In this document: one piece after another, positions 49,294 through 59,147 of the stretch
How positions within the stretch are numbered: position 1 is the stretch's first letter
How the letters are laid out: each line of letters starts with the position of its first letter
NCBI GenBank assembly: GCA_964520905.1
Contig: CAZFQL010000001.1
Location: forward strand, 183,216-247,215
Length of the DNA: 64,000 bases
From: an uncultured Chlorobiaceae bacterium
Lineage (GTDB): Bacteria; Bacteroidota; Ignavibacteria; UBA10030; SZUA-254
Direction: 5' to 3'
Position numbers and translations under genes: made by a program
Notes under the pieces: model-generated
What the model saw: only the letters and a program-made list of their open reading frames with translations
Told to the model about the DNA's origin: nothing
The model's database searches: none

Positions 49294-50121
49294 TTATTTT
49301 ACCCCGAAGCCATTCTTTCCGATCTTGCATTGTGAGACGGCGCGGTTGAATAATTCCATGTATGCGGTTTTCTCAAAAAGCATGGTACTCGTAATGTAGC
49401 TCTGTTTATCGCCGGGCGGGTAATAAGGGACGCCTGAATTTGTAGGAATAATTTTTTCGTGTTCTGTTAAGATGTTGTCTCGAAACGCCCACGCGTCGTC
49501 CGGTATGCCGTCGAATTTAGTGCTGCGGGCAACGATCATTCGTTCCACCCAATCGCGCATTGGATCCATATCTATGTGAACTACGCCGTCAACCTTTCCG
49601 TCGTAATTATCGTCAGCCCAGTGATTAAAAATCAATTTGCAGTGAGCGATAAAATATTCTAATTGTTTCAATGTAGGTTTGTTCCCGCGGGCAGGAAATT
49701 TTTCAGACTGTTTTTCTTCTTTAAATGCCGCGGCGCCTCCAATTAAAGCCATGTAATCGATCTTTCCGTCATTGTTGCGGTCGAAAATATATCCCCACGT
49801 TACAGTCTTGCCAAGTGATGGTCGAGTCTCGTTAAAAACAACAGTACGCGAAATTTCTTTATCCGGATCGATAATCGGTTTTCTGGTAACAGCCGCGATG
49901 AAAATTTTCTTTTGATCTTTGTATCCCATGAAAGTTACATATAGACTGTCGATTTTTTGCTGGCACTGAATCGTAATCTTCCGATGGAGTTCGGGATATT
50001 TACAAATAGAATCAGCCGCCGGATAGAAATGCGAGATATCGTTTTTCACTTGCCCGTTCGTTATAATAGGGAAGAACAGAATAATGATGAGCAGCGTAGA
50101 TAGAATTTGTTTCATTGCCAT
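49294..50121 (-). CDS. Secreted hypothetical protein with two EF-hand-like DxNxDGK(I/V)D loops
   Basis: Signal peptide, then DRNNDGKIDY and DDNYDGKVDG. Confidence 0.45.
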   Translation of the reverse strand: MAMKQILSTLLIIILFFPIITNGQVKNDISHFYPAADSICKYPELHRKITIQCQQKIDSLYVTFMGYKDQKKIFIAAVTRKPIIDPDKEISRTVVFNETRPSLGKTVTWGYIFDRNNDGKIDYMALIGGAAAFKEEKQSEKFPARGNKPTLKQLEYFIAHCKLIFNHWADDNYDGKVDGVVHIDMDPMRDWVERMIVARSTKFDGIPDDAWAFRDNILTEHEKIIPTNSGVPYYPPGDKQSYITSTMLFEKTAYMELFNRAVSQCKIGKNGFGVK

Positions 50122-50137
50122 ATGTTAGGTCTTCAAA

Positions 50138-51796
50138 CTATTGCTTTGTTTCTGTTGTAATAAAAGTGGTTTGCTCAACATTGAGTTTTCGTAGATATGC
50201 GCCCGGCTCAAGATATTTACCCGTAGCGTTCCGGATTCGCTCGTACCACTCAATCGATTCAGCCGGCATGTAAAGGTATTCAATCATCCATTTTGACACA
50301 TCGGGATTTGATATCTTCTCGTTTCCGAACTTGCTTGCCAGCGCTTCATGCAATTGGGCTGATATCATTTCACGCAATATCGCTGAATGATTACCGCAGG
50401 CGTTTTCGATATTCTGAATCGAGGGCGAAAATGTGAACATCGTTTTTCGATCGTCGGTAAAAAATAAATATTTGTTCGATATCGATTGTGCGAGCGAGTC
50501 TAAATTCCAGTTTGGGTTTTTATATATTTCATATTCAGTAAAAAAATCTGCCAACATACTGCGCATACGAAATAATGCCGTGTTATTTCGCTTTAAGAGA
50601 TATTGTCTTAAATCTTTCTCTTTTACCTTTGTAAATCTGGAAATCCACAATGAATCGCCGGTATAATCTCCATGCATCTGTGCCACGCCATAATCGTAGG
50701 CGGTGGTAGATGTTCCCGGTATCGTTGCATAACCTTTCAGGATCGGATAATCGACTTTCGTATGTGCTGCCATCAGACCGTGACCATATCCATCCAATCC
50801 TGCTCTGTAAAATCCTACGCCTTTCCCTTGCGGTATGATGGCCCGCAGGTCTTTCGGGATATTTACAGAGAAACACATACCTCTTTGTCCGGAATTTACC
50901 GATGTTATCGAGATAGGAAGTGAATCGAGATTGAAACCGATCCCTTTCTCAAACCGATGAATGATGGTTAATGCGGAATCGGCTGGGAAGTACTTGTCAG
51001 GCAGTGATACGGTGTTGTGCTGCACGAAATCTATATCCCACGGTGTAAAATCTTTCATGCGAAGTTTCTTTTTGGCGGATGCGGTAAGCTTTTCATAATC
51101 CGGGCGGGTAAAAGTTTCCAGACTCGCCATAGTTTTATACAGCCACATCTCATCGATTGCTTCGAGGTAAAGCCGGAGTGAATAATAATTTGGGAAACCG
51201 AGCGTTTGCGCCTTCGTGTTGTACGCTTTAACGAGATTGAGGTAATCGGTTGTCACTGATGCTGTAAATTGAGAAGCGGTGATCCACAGATTACGCCGGC
51301 GCGTTCGCTTCTTTTCTTCCCGAAGTGCAGGTATCAGCGTTTGCGGCGTGTACTGTTTACCGTCGATTGTAAATTTGAGATTAAAGTATTTTTGTGCCAG
51401 AGAATTTTTTAGCGATTCGATTTCCTGGTCGGCATAAATCGCACCGCCGAGAAAGCATCGGTGCCATAATTCAAGCCGTCGCGCAAGCATTTTATCGGCG
51501 AGCGAGGCAGATCGGCTTCGCCATTCTTCGATTATATTTAACGCTGTAGTATCACGAAAAATTTCTGCCAGCCTGCCGCGTGCCGCCACTGCATCGCTCG
51601 AACCATCTTTTGAATACCGGCTCCAGTCTGATATCTGCACCTGTGAACATGCGGTTTCATACCGCTTCTCGAGAGAATCGAGGTAGGCGTAAAGCTCATC
51701 TTTTGATGCAACTCTCTGTTTCAGCTCTTTCTTGCAGGAAGTAAATGCAAGAAGCAACGCAACAACGAAAAACGCCGGTGAAATTTTCAGGGTCAT
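50138..51796 (-). CDS. Lipoprotein, hypothetical (552 aa)
   Basis: Lipobox LAFTSC. No HEXXH or other catalytic motif recognised. Confidence 0.5.
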   Translation of the reverse strand: MTLKISPAFFVVALLLAFTSCKKELKQRVASKDELYAYLDSLEKRYETACSQVQISDWSRYSKDGSSDAVAARGRLAEIFRDTTALNIIEEWRSRSASLADKMLARRLELWHRCFLGGAIYADQEIESLKNSLAQKYFNLKFTIDGKQYTPQTLIPALREEKKRTRRRNLWITASQFTASVTTDYLNLVKAYNTKAQTLGFPNYYSLRLYLEAIDEMWLYKTMASLETFTRPDYEKLTASAKKKLRMKDFTPWDIDFVQHNTVSLPDKYFPADSALTIIHRFEKGIGFNLDSLPISITSVNSGQRGMCFSVNIPKDLRAIIPQGKGVGFYRAGLDGYGHGLMAAHTKVDYPILKGYATIPGTSTTAYDYGVAQMHGDYTGDSLWISRFTKVKEKDLRQYLLKRNNTALFRMRSMLADFFTEYEIYKNPNWNLDSLAQSISNKYLFFTDDRKTMFTFSPSIQNIENACGNHSAILREMISAQLHEALASKFGNEKISNPDVSKWMIEYLYMPAESIEWYERIRNATGKYLEPGAYLRKLNVEQTTFITTETKQ

Positions 51797-51868
51797 GCAG
51801 GTTTTTGAGGATTTTTTTTCTTGGATAATAAGATAATAAATATTTTATGGAATTGCCAAGAATCAGCG

Positions 51869-52156
51869 TCAGATGCCTTCTACAACGATCATCTTGCTCC
51901 GGGCTGTTTCATGCCGCAGCTTTTTGGGTTCACTGTATTCGGAAGAAGCCCACCATTGCTTCGCACGCGATAAGCTTTCGAATTCAAGGATTACCAACCG
52001 ATTCGGTTTCCAATCACCCTCGAGTATTTCAACCGGATTACCCCGGACGATGTATTTGCCCCCGAATGCTGTAACGGTTTCGGCGGCTGACTTTTTATAT
52101 TCTTCGTACCTGACCGGATCGGTAACGGTAATATCAACTATAACATATGCCGGCAT
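51869..52156 (-). CDS. DUF1330-family protein
   Basis: 95 aa of the form MPAYVIVDITVTDP...LEFES..., the typical DUF1330 pattern. Confidence 0.65.
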   Translation of the reverse strand: MPAYVIVDITVTDPVRYEEYKKSAAETVTAFGGKYIVRGNPVEILEGDWKPNRLVILEFESLSRAKQWWASSEYSEPKKLRHETARSKMIVVEGI

Positions 52157-52263
52157 GGAGTTATTCCTTATTGTATAAAAAATATTATTTAAATATAAAC
52201 AAATATATCAAGGTTGATGCTGATTACAAATCTTTTGCTGTCATAATTAGTCTCGTTTGAAAA

Positions 52264-52932
52264 TCATTCGGGAAAAGGTTGGTCCTCAAACCACCGGTAG
52301 TCTCTGACGGCGAAAATTATTCCAAGAATAATTGATGTGCCACAGAGTAGAACACCGACAATGAACACACCATCTCCGAGAGGTTCAGCGGCTTCGAGGT
52401 TGTTGGAGAGAAGCCAGTTCCAGTCGTGAATCAACCCTTTACCTATAAGATGAAGTTTGCGGACCGGCGCGTCTTTGATGTACACGCTCACATTCACCAT
52501 ATTCTCGCCCATCCAGAAGCCTGCCGCCCCGATGTACCAGTTCCGCTGTCGCGCAATAACGAGTGTGAGTGCAAGCGGCAGTAAAATCTGCGTTAAAGAA
52601 CCGCCGAGGAAGTACATCCAGCGTCCGAAGAGTTTAAAAAGAAGATGACCCGCTTCGTGTATATATAAATTCATCCAGTCGGTTACCCAGAGAAAGAACG
52701 GCGGTCTGAATGTGCCCGATGCCGGATCGTACTCTGCCGCTAAAAAATATAAGAGGTATGCGAGATACGCATAAAGAAGAAGCTTGAGTGTGAGAAGAAT
52801 GTATTTCATAAGACATTTGAAAATAAGAACGTTTGGTGTAAATGGCAAATTGGCCGATGTTGTTATAATGAAGGAAAACAAATGTATTTTTTCCTTTCTA
52901 TTAATCAAAATATTCATTAAAGCCTTGAGCAA
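52264..52932 (-). CDS. Integral membrane protein with an intramembrane HExxH (putative metalloprotease)
   Basis: YIHEAGHLLF inside a hydrophobic context, with about 5 TM helices. Confidence 0.45.
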   Translation of the reverse strand: MLKALMNILINRKEKIHLFSFIITTSANLPFTPNVLIFKCLMKYILLTLKLLLYAYLAYLLYFLAAEYDPASGTFRPPFFLWVTDWMNLYIHEAGHLLFKLFGRWMYFLGGSLTQILLPLALTLVIARQRNWYIGAAGFWMGENMVNVSVYIKDAPVRKLHLIGKGLIHDWNWLLSNNLEAAEPLGDGVFIVGVLLCGTSIILGIIFAVRDYRWFEDQPFPE

Positions 52933-53088
52933 AAACTGTGGATTGATGTAATGATAGATTAGACCCTTCCCCGATTTTTGGACGAGAAGCTAAGACATAA
53001 AATATTATTATTCTGTTTTCGTGTATAAACCTTGACTTTCACGAGAAAAGATGTTATACTTTCCATTGAAGGCAATAGAGGAGATTTC

Positions 53089-53481
53089 ATGAAACGCATA
53101 TCATATTTGTTTTTACTTATAACCATGCTTTTCGGGTCGGTGAAAATCTATGCAAAATGGTCAACACCACCTATTATTGTGTTATCCTTTCTGTTAAGGA
53201 GGATATTCCTTTTTTCTCAATCATTTGATGTGTTGGAAAACTACCAGAACCCCTTCAATAATTCTGCCTTGATCGCGTACTACATTTCCAGCAATAGCCG
53301 TGTGAAAATCACTCTATATGATTTGCTAGTCCGAATGGTTAGAACCCTTGTCAATGAAAGAAAAAAGAATGGAACTTACAGCATTTGTTTCAAGATAGAC
53401 AATCTTACTAGTGGCACCTATTTCGCTGTATTGAAAACGAATTCAAATACATTAACTCACAAATTACTTCTCATCAAATAA
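53089..53481 (+). CDS. Minimal T9SS substrate: signal peptide plus a C-terminal sorting domain with essentially no passenger domain
   Basis: ATG preceded by AGGAG. MKRISYLFLLITMLFGSVKIYA, then about 25 aa, then a CTD homologous to that of the next gene (...LTSGTYFAVLKTNSNTLTHKLLLIK). Confidence 0.5.
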   Translation: MKRISYLFLLITMLFGSVKIYAKWSTPPIIVLSFLLRRIFLFSQSFDVLENYQNPFNNSALIAYYISSNSRVKITLYDLLVRMVRTLVNERKKNGTYSICFKIDNLTSGTYFAVLKTNSNTLTHKLLLIK

Positions 53482-53496
53482 CGAAAGGAGGTGATT

Positions 53497-54372
53497 ATGA
53501 AAATATTCCATATAGTTTTTTCGTTCATTGCACTTACTTCGTTTGTAATGTCCCAGACACCAGACTCGCTCAATTTTTTTCCCGCACACGCTGGTGATGT
53601 ACGGCAGTACCGTTCACAATTCACCGGCGAGATTACAATAACAGAATACCTTGATAAGGATTCAACTGATCAATTTGGGAACATATTTATCTGGTATCAT
53701 AATGCTGGCTGGGGAACTTTTAATATTTATAAAATAGATTCGTCAGGTAATGTTTATATACTCTATTCAGTGAGCGACACTGGTTATGTGCCGTTACTTT
53801 ATAAACTAAGTGCAGACACTGGGACTGTGTGGACATATCTAAAAAGAGATAGAGATAGTATTCTTGCTAAAGTCGTGGGGATTTTCCCAGGTTTCGTATA
53901 TGGTAAACAAGTAACAGTTAAAAAAATTGAATATACAAAATATTCAGAATTCGGTTCGTTTTGGTTAGGCAACCGATATTTGGCGACGGGATTTGGAATG
54001 GTACAATGGGACATTGAACCATCGGATGTTTATTATCTTGCAGGGGCAATAATAAATGGTGTACACTATGGAACAATTGTTTCTGTGAAAACAGATTTAA
54101 CTTTTCCCGAATCGTTTGAAGTGTTAACGAATTATCCCAACCCGTTTAACAATGGAACTGTTATTTCATATACTATTTCATCGGAAAGCCATGTGGAAAT
54201 TACGATCTACGACGTTTTAGGACGGGTTGTAAAAACACTTGTCAATGAAAATCAACAAAAAGGAGAGCATCAAATTTCTTTTAATGGAAATGGTCTTACC
54301 AGCGGTATTTATTTTGCTGTTCTACAAACTGTTTCAAAGACACTAACTCACAAATTACTTCTCATCAAATAA
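53497..54372 (+). CDS. T9SS-secreted hypothetical protein
   Basis: Signal peptide, and a C-terminal sorting domain NYPNPFNNGTVISYTI...LTSGIYFAVLQTVSKTLTHKLLLIK. SD sequence aaggagg lies 5 nt upstream. Confidence 0.6.
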   Translation: MKIFHIVFSFIALTSFVMSQTPDSLNFFPAHAGDVRQYRSQFTGEITITEYLDKDSTDQFGNIFIWYHNAGWGTFNIYKIDSSGNVYILYSVSDTGYVPLLYKLSADTGTVWTYLKRDRDSILAKVVGIFPGFVYGKQVTVKKIEYTKYSEFGSFWLGNRYLATGFGMVQWDIEPSDVYYLAGAIINGVHYGTIVSVKTDLTFPESFEVLTNYPNPFNNGTVISYTISSESHVEITIYDVLGRVVKTLVNENQQKGEHQISFNGNGLTSGIYFAVLQTVSKTLTHKLLLIK

Positions 54373-54386
54373 TACTGGAGGTTGTT

Positions 54387-56414
54387 ATGTTTACCCGAAT
54401 AGCAGTACACTTAGTTTGTGTTGTTATTTTATCCTTAACAACAGCCTATGCTGCGGACGAAAATTCTTGTGGCGTGCAAACTCAGCAGCAGCAAACGCAA
54501 ATAGGCGGCGCTTATTGCACAGCATCTGGAACTATAAAAGCGGTCTTCATTTTTATTGACTTCAAGGATGATATGGAAGATCGCACGAATTCAACGTGGC
54601 CCGTTGGCACAGGACCAAACTTCTTGAATAGTATTGTGGATGAAACCGAAACGCAAAACTCCGGAACGTATGCAAACGTTTCAACATTTTTTAACGATCA
54701 GAGTTTCGGACAATTCAAAATGATTGGGAAGGCATATTACGTTCAAGCACCTGAATCTCTTGCTTATTACAAAAGAGTGCATCCATGGGATGAAGTTGCA
54801 TATTCATCACAAGACGTAATTCAAATTCTCGACCAATCAGTTAATTTTTCAGATTTTGATAGATGGATAAGCAGTTACTACAGCCACTCACCCGGTACAG
54901 ATGGAAAAGTAGATATGGTATTCTTTTGCTATCGAAGGTGGTATAGCGAAGCTCCAAGTTTTTCATATGAGGGTTGGTGGCCAGCAGATTTGCCGGGTGA
55001 CGTTTATGTCGATAGTGGTGTGAGGAGAATTGGTGGTGCCCAGACAGTTGATGTTCTGAATATGATTCAATATCCTGATTGGGGAAGAAGCGTACAGAAT
55101 GTGGTGCACGAATTCGGTCATGTATGGGGTTTAAACCATCAATACGCTCCTGGAATGTGGGCACTAATGGGTCAACGATATCCGAGCACGAGCAGTTTTA
55201 TGAATGCCTTTGAAAGAGCACAACTTGGATGGATTGTTTATCATGATATTACTTCTTCCCAAATAGCGTCATTGCGTGATTTTGGAGCCTATGGCGATGC
55301 GTATAGAATTTCATTAGGCAATGGAGAATATTTTATTTTGGAAAATCATCAACGAAACAGCATTTATGATAATCCTGATGTAAATGTTCCCGCAGCAAAA
55401 GGATTATATACTCTTCGCCAATTTTCATTTCAGTATTCTCCTTATGCAGGCAATTTAAAAATTGAAACTGCTGATGGTCGTTTTAATTGGTCAAATCCAA
55501 GTTGGGGGATTTTTCCAGGGACAAATGTTTTTTACCCCACATTTCAAAGAGGAGTCAGCAATAGAACACTAGGTTCAAATGACCGAGACTTGTTGTCTGC
55601 TGTTAATCCTAATACTGGTCAACAAGGTTACTATTATTTAATTGCTAAAGTTGATGAAATATCGGGACAGACAGTCTATGGTTCTTTCTACAAAGGTGAT
55701 GGGAAAGATGCTTTTAATTTGGGATTTAACACTGTTTTCACACCTTGGAGTAATCCTTCTGCTTGCTCAAAAAATGGAACACTATCAAATGTTGGAATAG
55801 AAATATTACCATCATCTACTTCAACTTTGGATATTCAGTTTTTCATCGGAAATCCTCTAAGCGCTTCCCCGTCAAGACCTCAAGATGTCCGAACAACATC
55901 AGTTGTAAATGGTAGCACCTCACTAGTTTGGACTGCAAATCCAGAAACAGATGTTTCTGGATACAACATCTATCGCGGTGTTGCTTACTCTGGCAGCAGT
56001 GAACCAACTTACACTAAGATCAACTCATTGATCGTGACCACAATCTCCTACACAGACAACAATTACGAGTCCATCGCAGGGCTTCCACAAAACATCGATC
56101 TCTACCACCGATATAGAATAACTGCCGTGGATAACGAAGGTAAAGAATCCGTCAAGTCAGAATACGTTGATGCCTATTTCACTCATGTTGCAAATGGCTC
56201 AATTAGTTCCAATCGGACTTGGCAAATTGACGTCAGATTAGTTTCTGATGCAACAGTCACAAGCGGTAATATCCTCACAGTTTTTCCCAGTACAACAGTA
56301 AAGGTTGTCAATGGTTATACATTAACCATCAACGGTAAACTAATCGCAAAAGGAGACCCAAACAATAGAATTACTTTTACATCCAATAATTCAAATCCAT
56401 CTGCAGGCGATTGA
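54387..56414 (+). CDS. Secreted metzincin-type zinc metalloprotease with an FN3-like domain and the start of a beta-helix; terminated by an in-frame TGA that is followed in-frame by 56496-57965
   Basis: Signal peptide. HEFGHVWGLNH is a complete HExxHxxGxxH metzincin motif. A YNIYRG... FN3-like segment follows. The TGA at 56412-56414 is the only interruption of the 54387-57965 reading frame. Confidence 0.7.
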   Translation: MFTRIAVHLVCVVILSLTTAYAADENSCGVQTQQQQTQIGGAYCTASGTIKAVFIFIDFKDDMEDRTNSTWPVGTGPNFLNSIVDETETQNSGTYANVSTFFNDQSFGQFKMIGKAYYVQAPESLAYYKRVHPWDEVAYSSQDVIQILDQSVNFSDFDRWISSYYSHSPGTDGKVDMVFFCYRRWYSEAPSFSYEGWWPADLPGDVYVDSGVRRIGGAQTVDVLNMIQYPDWGRSVQNVVHEFGHVWGLNHQYAPGMWALMGQRYPSTSSFMNAFERAQLGWIVYHDITSSQIASLRDFGAYGDAYRISLGNGEYFILENHQRNSIYDNPDVNVPAAKGLYTLRQFSFQYSPYAGNLKIETADGRFNWSNPSWGIFPGTNVFYPTFQRGVSNRTLGSNDRDLLSAVNPNTGQQGYYYLIAKVDEISGQTVYGSFYKGDGKDAFNLGFNTVFTPWSNPSACSKNGTLSNVGIEILPSSTSTLDIQFFIGNPLSASPSRPQDVRTTSVVNGSTSLVWTANPETDVSGYNIYRGVAYSGSSEPTYTKINSLIVTTISYTDNNYESIAGLPQNIDLYHRYRITAVDNEGKESVKSEYVDAYFTHVANGSISSNRTWQIDVRLVSDATVTSGNILTVFPSTTVKVVNGYTLTINGKLIAKGDPNNRITFTSNNSNPSAGD

Positions 56415-56495
56415 CAAGGCATCATTTGCTCAGGCGGCGGCCCTGATACACTAACCTACTGCAATATCAAATATGCATACGACGGTCTCCGATTA

Positions 56496-57965
56496 ATGAA
56501 TACTGCTGCCAATAGCTACATGCAAAATGATACAATCTCACGCTCGGCAAATTATGGACTGTTTGTTTCTAACACAGGAACAGCAAACACTTCCTTGAAA
56601 ATGTATAAATGCGGTGTGAGTTATAACGATGGGAGAGCAATTCAAGTCAATAATGCAAAAATCCTTATATCATATTCACGAATCGAGAGCAATGAATTGC
56701 AATCGATCGGTGTGTCGAATGTTTACGTTTGTAACGGTGGAAAAGTTTATATGGACAGCACACGAATCCAGAATAATATTGGCAGCGGCATTGATATCAG
56801 CGGAACAAACTCAAGAGTTTCACTTAGTATCAATGAAGTAACCAAGGGCTACAATACAGTAACACAAAATGGAGTTGGCGAGATATATGTACATAATTCT
56901 GCTACTGCATTCCTTGGATATATAGGATCAGGCGGGCCAATAGGAGGATGGAATAATGTATATAATAACGGAACCTACACCGGTCGTTTAATCAACAATG
57001 CCACAACAACAACAGTCCGAGCTCGGTACACTTACTGGGGTACACATAGGCCCAATGAATACGTTGGACCTGTCGATACGCTTTATCAACTTGGAAGCGC
57101 AGTCAACACACCTTCAAAAACGGTATTTACTCTGCCGGAAGAAGGGCAATTAGCTTATGACCTTGATATACAGGAGATGCTTGATTGGTTGAAACAATTA
57201 AAGAATGACATTGAAGCGAACAGAGACAATGCAGAAGATGCCTTTTATCAGCTTGCACTTCATGCAGGTCCCGGAGGAGAATATCAAAGTGTGCTGTCTG
57301 TATCGTGGGAAACTTTCTTAAGTACAATCGAGACATCCACGTTACCAGTGAAGCTGAAAATGTTAGCAGTTGGACTTCGCCTTCAATCGATGTTGGATCA
57401 GAATCAGTTTCGGAGTGCGATTACATTATCGAATCAGATACTAAGCCGGAAAGGTATCACTACCGACATGTGGTTATATTGCCAGACCAGAAAGATATTT
57501 GCATCAGTTGGACTGGGCGACAGTCTCAACGCTTGGTCAACCTTCAATGGAATAAAGGATTATGGTGGGATTATCGATAGCTCAGCGATTAAAACGATGG
57601 AAGAATATCTCACACTTACAATGGGTCTCAACAACGGAAAAGTTGCCAGTGTAAATAATCCGTTCGGGAATAACGATGAGAGTACTGACGGCATAAAACC
57701 CACAGTATATTCACTTGTGCAGAATTATCCAAACCCATTCAATCCCCTAACTCTCATCCAGTATGGACTGCCGGAGCAATCACATGTAACACTGAAAATC
57801 TATGATATACTTGGTCGTGAAGTTAGAACACTTGTCGACGAAGTCCAGGAAGAAGGGTACAGGTCGGTAATGTTTGATGCAAGCAGTATACCAAGCGGTG
57901 TATATTTCTACCGTATACAGGCGGGCGGCTTCAACGATATAAAGAAAATGGTACTTGTCCGATAG
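56496..57965 (+). CDS. Parallel beta-helix repeats plus a T9SS C-terminal sorting domain; probably the C-terminal part of the metzincin gene
   Basis: No signal peptide. The sequence begins in mid beta-helix (NIKYAYDGLRLMNTAAN is encoded just upstream, in-frame). CTD ...YPNPFNPLTLIQY...SGVYFYRIQAGGFNDIKKMVLVR. Confidence 0.65.
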   Translation: MNTAANSYMQNDTISRSANYGLFVSNTGTANTSLKMYKCGVSYNDGRAIQVNNAKILISYSRIESNELQSIGVSNVYVCNGGKVYMDSTRIQNNIGSGIDISGTNSRVSLSINEVTKGYNTVTQNGVGEIYVHNSATAFLGYIGSGGPIGGWNNVYNNGTYTGRLINNATTTTVRARYTYWGTHRPNEYVGPVDTLYQLGSAVNTPSKTVFTLPEEGQLAYDLDIQEMLDWLKQLKNDIEANRDNAEDAFYQLALHAGPGGEYQSVLSVSWETFLSTIETSTLPVKLKMLAVGLRLQSMLDQNQFRSAITLSNQILSRKGITTDMWLYCQTRKIFASVGLGDSLNAWSTFNGIKDYGGIIDSSAIKTMEEYLTLTMGLNNGKVASVNNPFGNNDESTDGIKPTVYSLVQNYPNPFNPLTLIQYGLPEQSHVTLKIYDILGREVRTLVDEVQEEGYRSVMFDASSIPSGVYFYRIQAGGFNDIKKMVLVR

Positions 57966-57988
57966 TATTATCTTAATTAACGTAACAC

Positions 57989-58023
57989 AAGCCGGCTCGG
58001 ATAACGGGTCGGCTTTTATTTTG
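57989..58023. terminator. Bidirectional rho-independent terminator between convergent genes
   Basis: aagccggctcgg / cgggtcggctt stem with GU pairs and an ataa loop, followed by ttttattt. It overlaps the stop codon of the minus-strand gene. Confidence 0.6.
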
Positions 58024-59134
58024 CCAAAATCATCTTTCGCGTCTCGGAGATATTACCAACCTGCAATCGATAATAATAGGTTCCGCTTGCAATACCGGAA
58101 GCATTCCATTTAACATCGTAACTTCCTTGCTGTTTTGTCTCATCGATCAGAGTCGCTATCTCTCTGCCGATTGCATCGTACACTTTTAAACTGACGTGAC
58201 TCCAATCTCCGATTTGAAATCTGAAATCTGTTGTCGGGTTGAACGGATTCGGGTGGTTTTGTTCCAGCGTGAATGATCGCGGGCGCAAACCGGTTGCTTC
58301 ATTAACTGCGTTGATCACTTGCGCATTATACCATGCGGTATACCACAATGATGCCAAAGCAACCGTTGCCTGCTGGATTTCATCCTTAGTAAAACCTCCG
58401 GTTTTTTGCCAGAGAGCTTCATAGTAAGCCGCCGGCGGTGTTCCGGAACCGTTCCATCCTGAAATAATCTTCGATAAAGAATCAGCCGCAATCAACGTAT
58501 CGACAAGTGAATTTGAATGATATATAAAATTAAAAACGTAATCGAGCGGCGCAGTAATATATTGAATTGAATCGGGATGAACGGTAATATACGACTGATA
58601 GGTGTTGATCATCTGTGATTCATAACGGAAATGCAATCCGCCGGGATTGTAATTGACGGTACAATGAAGCGGCTGATGTCCATCGGCAACATAATGACCG
58701 AGATCGCTCATGGTGGTTTCCACTTTGACCATATCGCCCCTCGAGAGCTGTGCGGTCAACGAATCCAGCACCATCGCTATTGCCCATGGCAGCGTACCCT
58801 GGCTTTTTACATAAGCTCTTCCGTATAAAATTATCATGGAATCGAGACTATGCGGGAGGTTGAGATAATCGGGATAGATATCGATATCGAGGTAGTGTCT
58901 TGTATCTTCTGCAAAGAACGAAGTGTCGCTGTAATCTTTCCGGTAATCGGCATCGGATGCGTGTGCCTGATAAAAAAGACTATCGGCTTTAAGTGCAGAC
59001 ATGGATCCGGGCAGATGCATGACGGCTTTTAGGTTGATTAATTTGTGCGCGGTAGAACCCCACGCATATGCGAAGTTCAGTGAAAGGAATAAAAGTGGCA
59101 GGCATCCGATAAGGATGCTTATATAGCGTTTCAT
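58016..59134 (-). CDS. Secreted S1/P1-type zinc nuclease (phospholipase-C fold) with a T9SS C-terminal sorting domain
   Basis: Mature N-terminus WGSTAHKLIN (the W1/H6 zinc ligands of P1 nuclease). LGHYVADGHQPLH matches P1 HFIGDMTQPLH. CTD HPNPFNPTT...SGTYYYRLQVGNISETRKMILAK. Confidence 0.65.
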   Translation of the reverse strand: MKRYISILIGCLPLLFLSLNFAYAWGSTAHKLINLKAVMHLPGSMSALKADSLFYQAHASDADYRKDYSDTSFFAEDTRHYLDIDIYPDYLNLPHSLDSMIILYGRAYVKSQGTLPWAIAMVLDSLTAQLSRGDMVKVETTMSDLGHYVADGHQPLHCTVNYNPGGLHFRYESQMINTYQSYITVHPDSIQYITAPLDYVFNFIYHSNSLVDTLIAADSLSKIISGWNGSGTPPAAYYEALWQKTGGFTKDEIQQATVALASLWYTAWYNAQVINAVNEATGLRPRSFTLEQNHPNPFNPTTDFRFQIGDWSHVSLKVYDAIGREIATLIDETKQQGSYDVKWNASGIASGTYYYRLQVGNISETRKMILAK

Positions 59135-59147
59135 CGGGATCTTTCTT

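Noticed and set aside
50138-51796. Possible M2/M3-like zinc peptidase
   Set aside because: No HEXXH or other zinc-binding motif could be located anywhere in the 552-aa sequence. Kept as a hypothetical lipoprotein.
56412-56414. Whether the in-frame TGA reflects a reassigned genetic code (TGA=Gly or Trp)
   Set aside because: Many well-supported genes in the window terminate at TGA (for example the acyl-CoA ligase at 2062-2064). Long ORFs are intact under the standard code.
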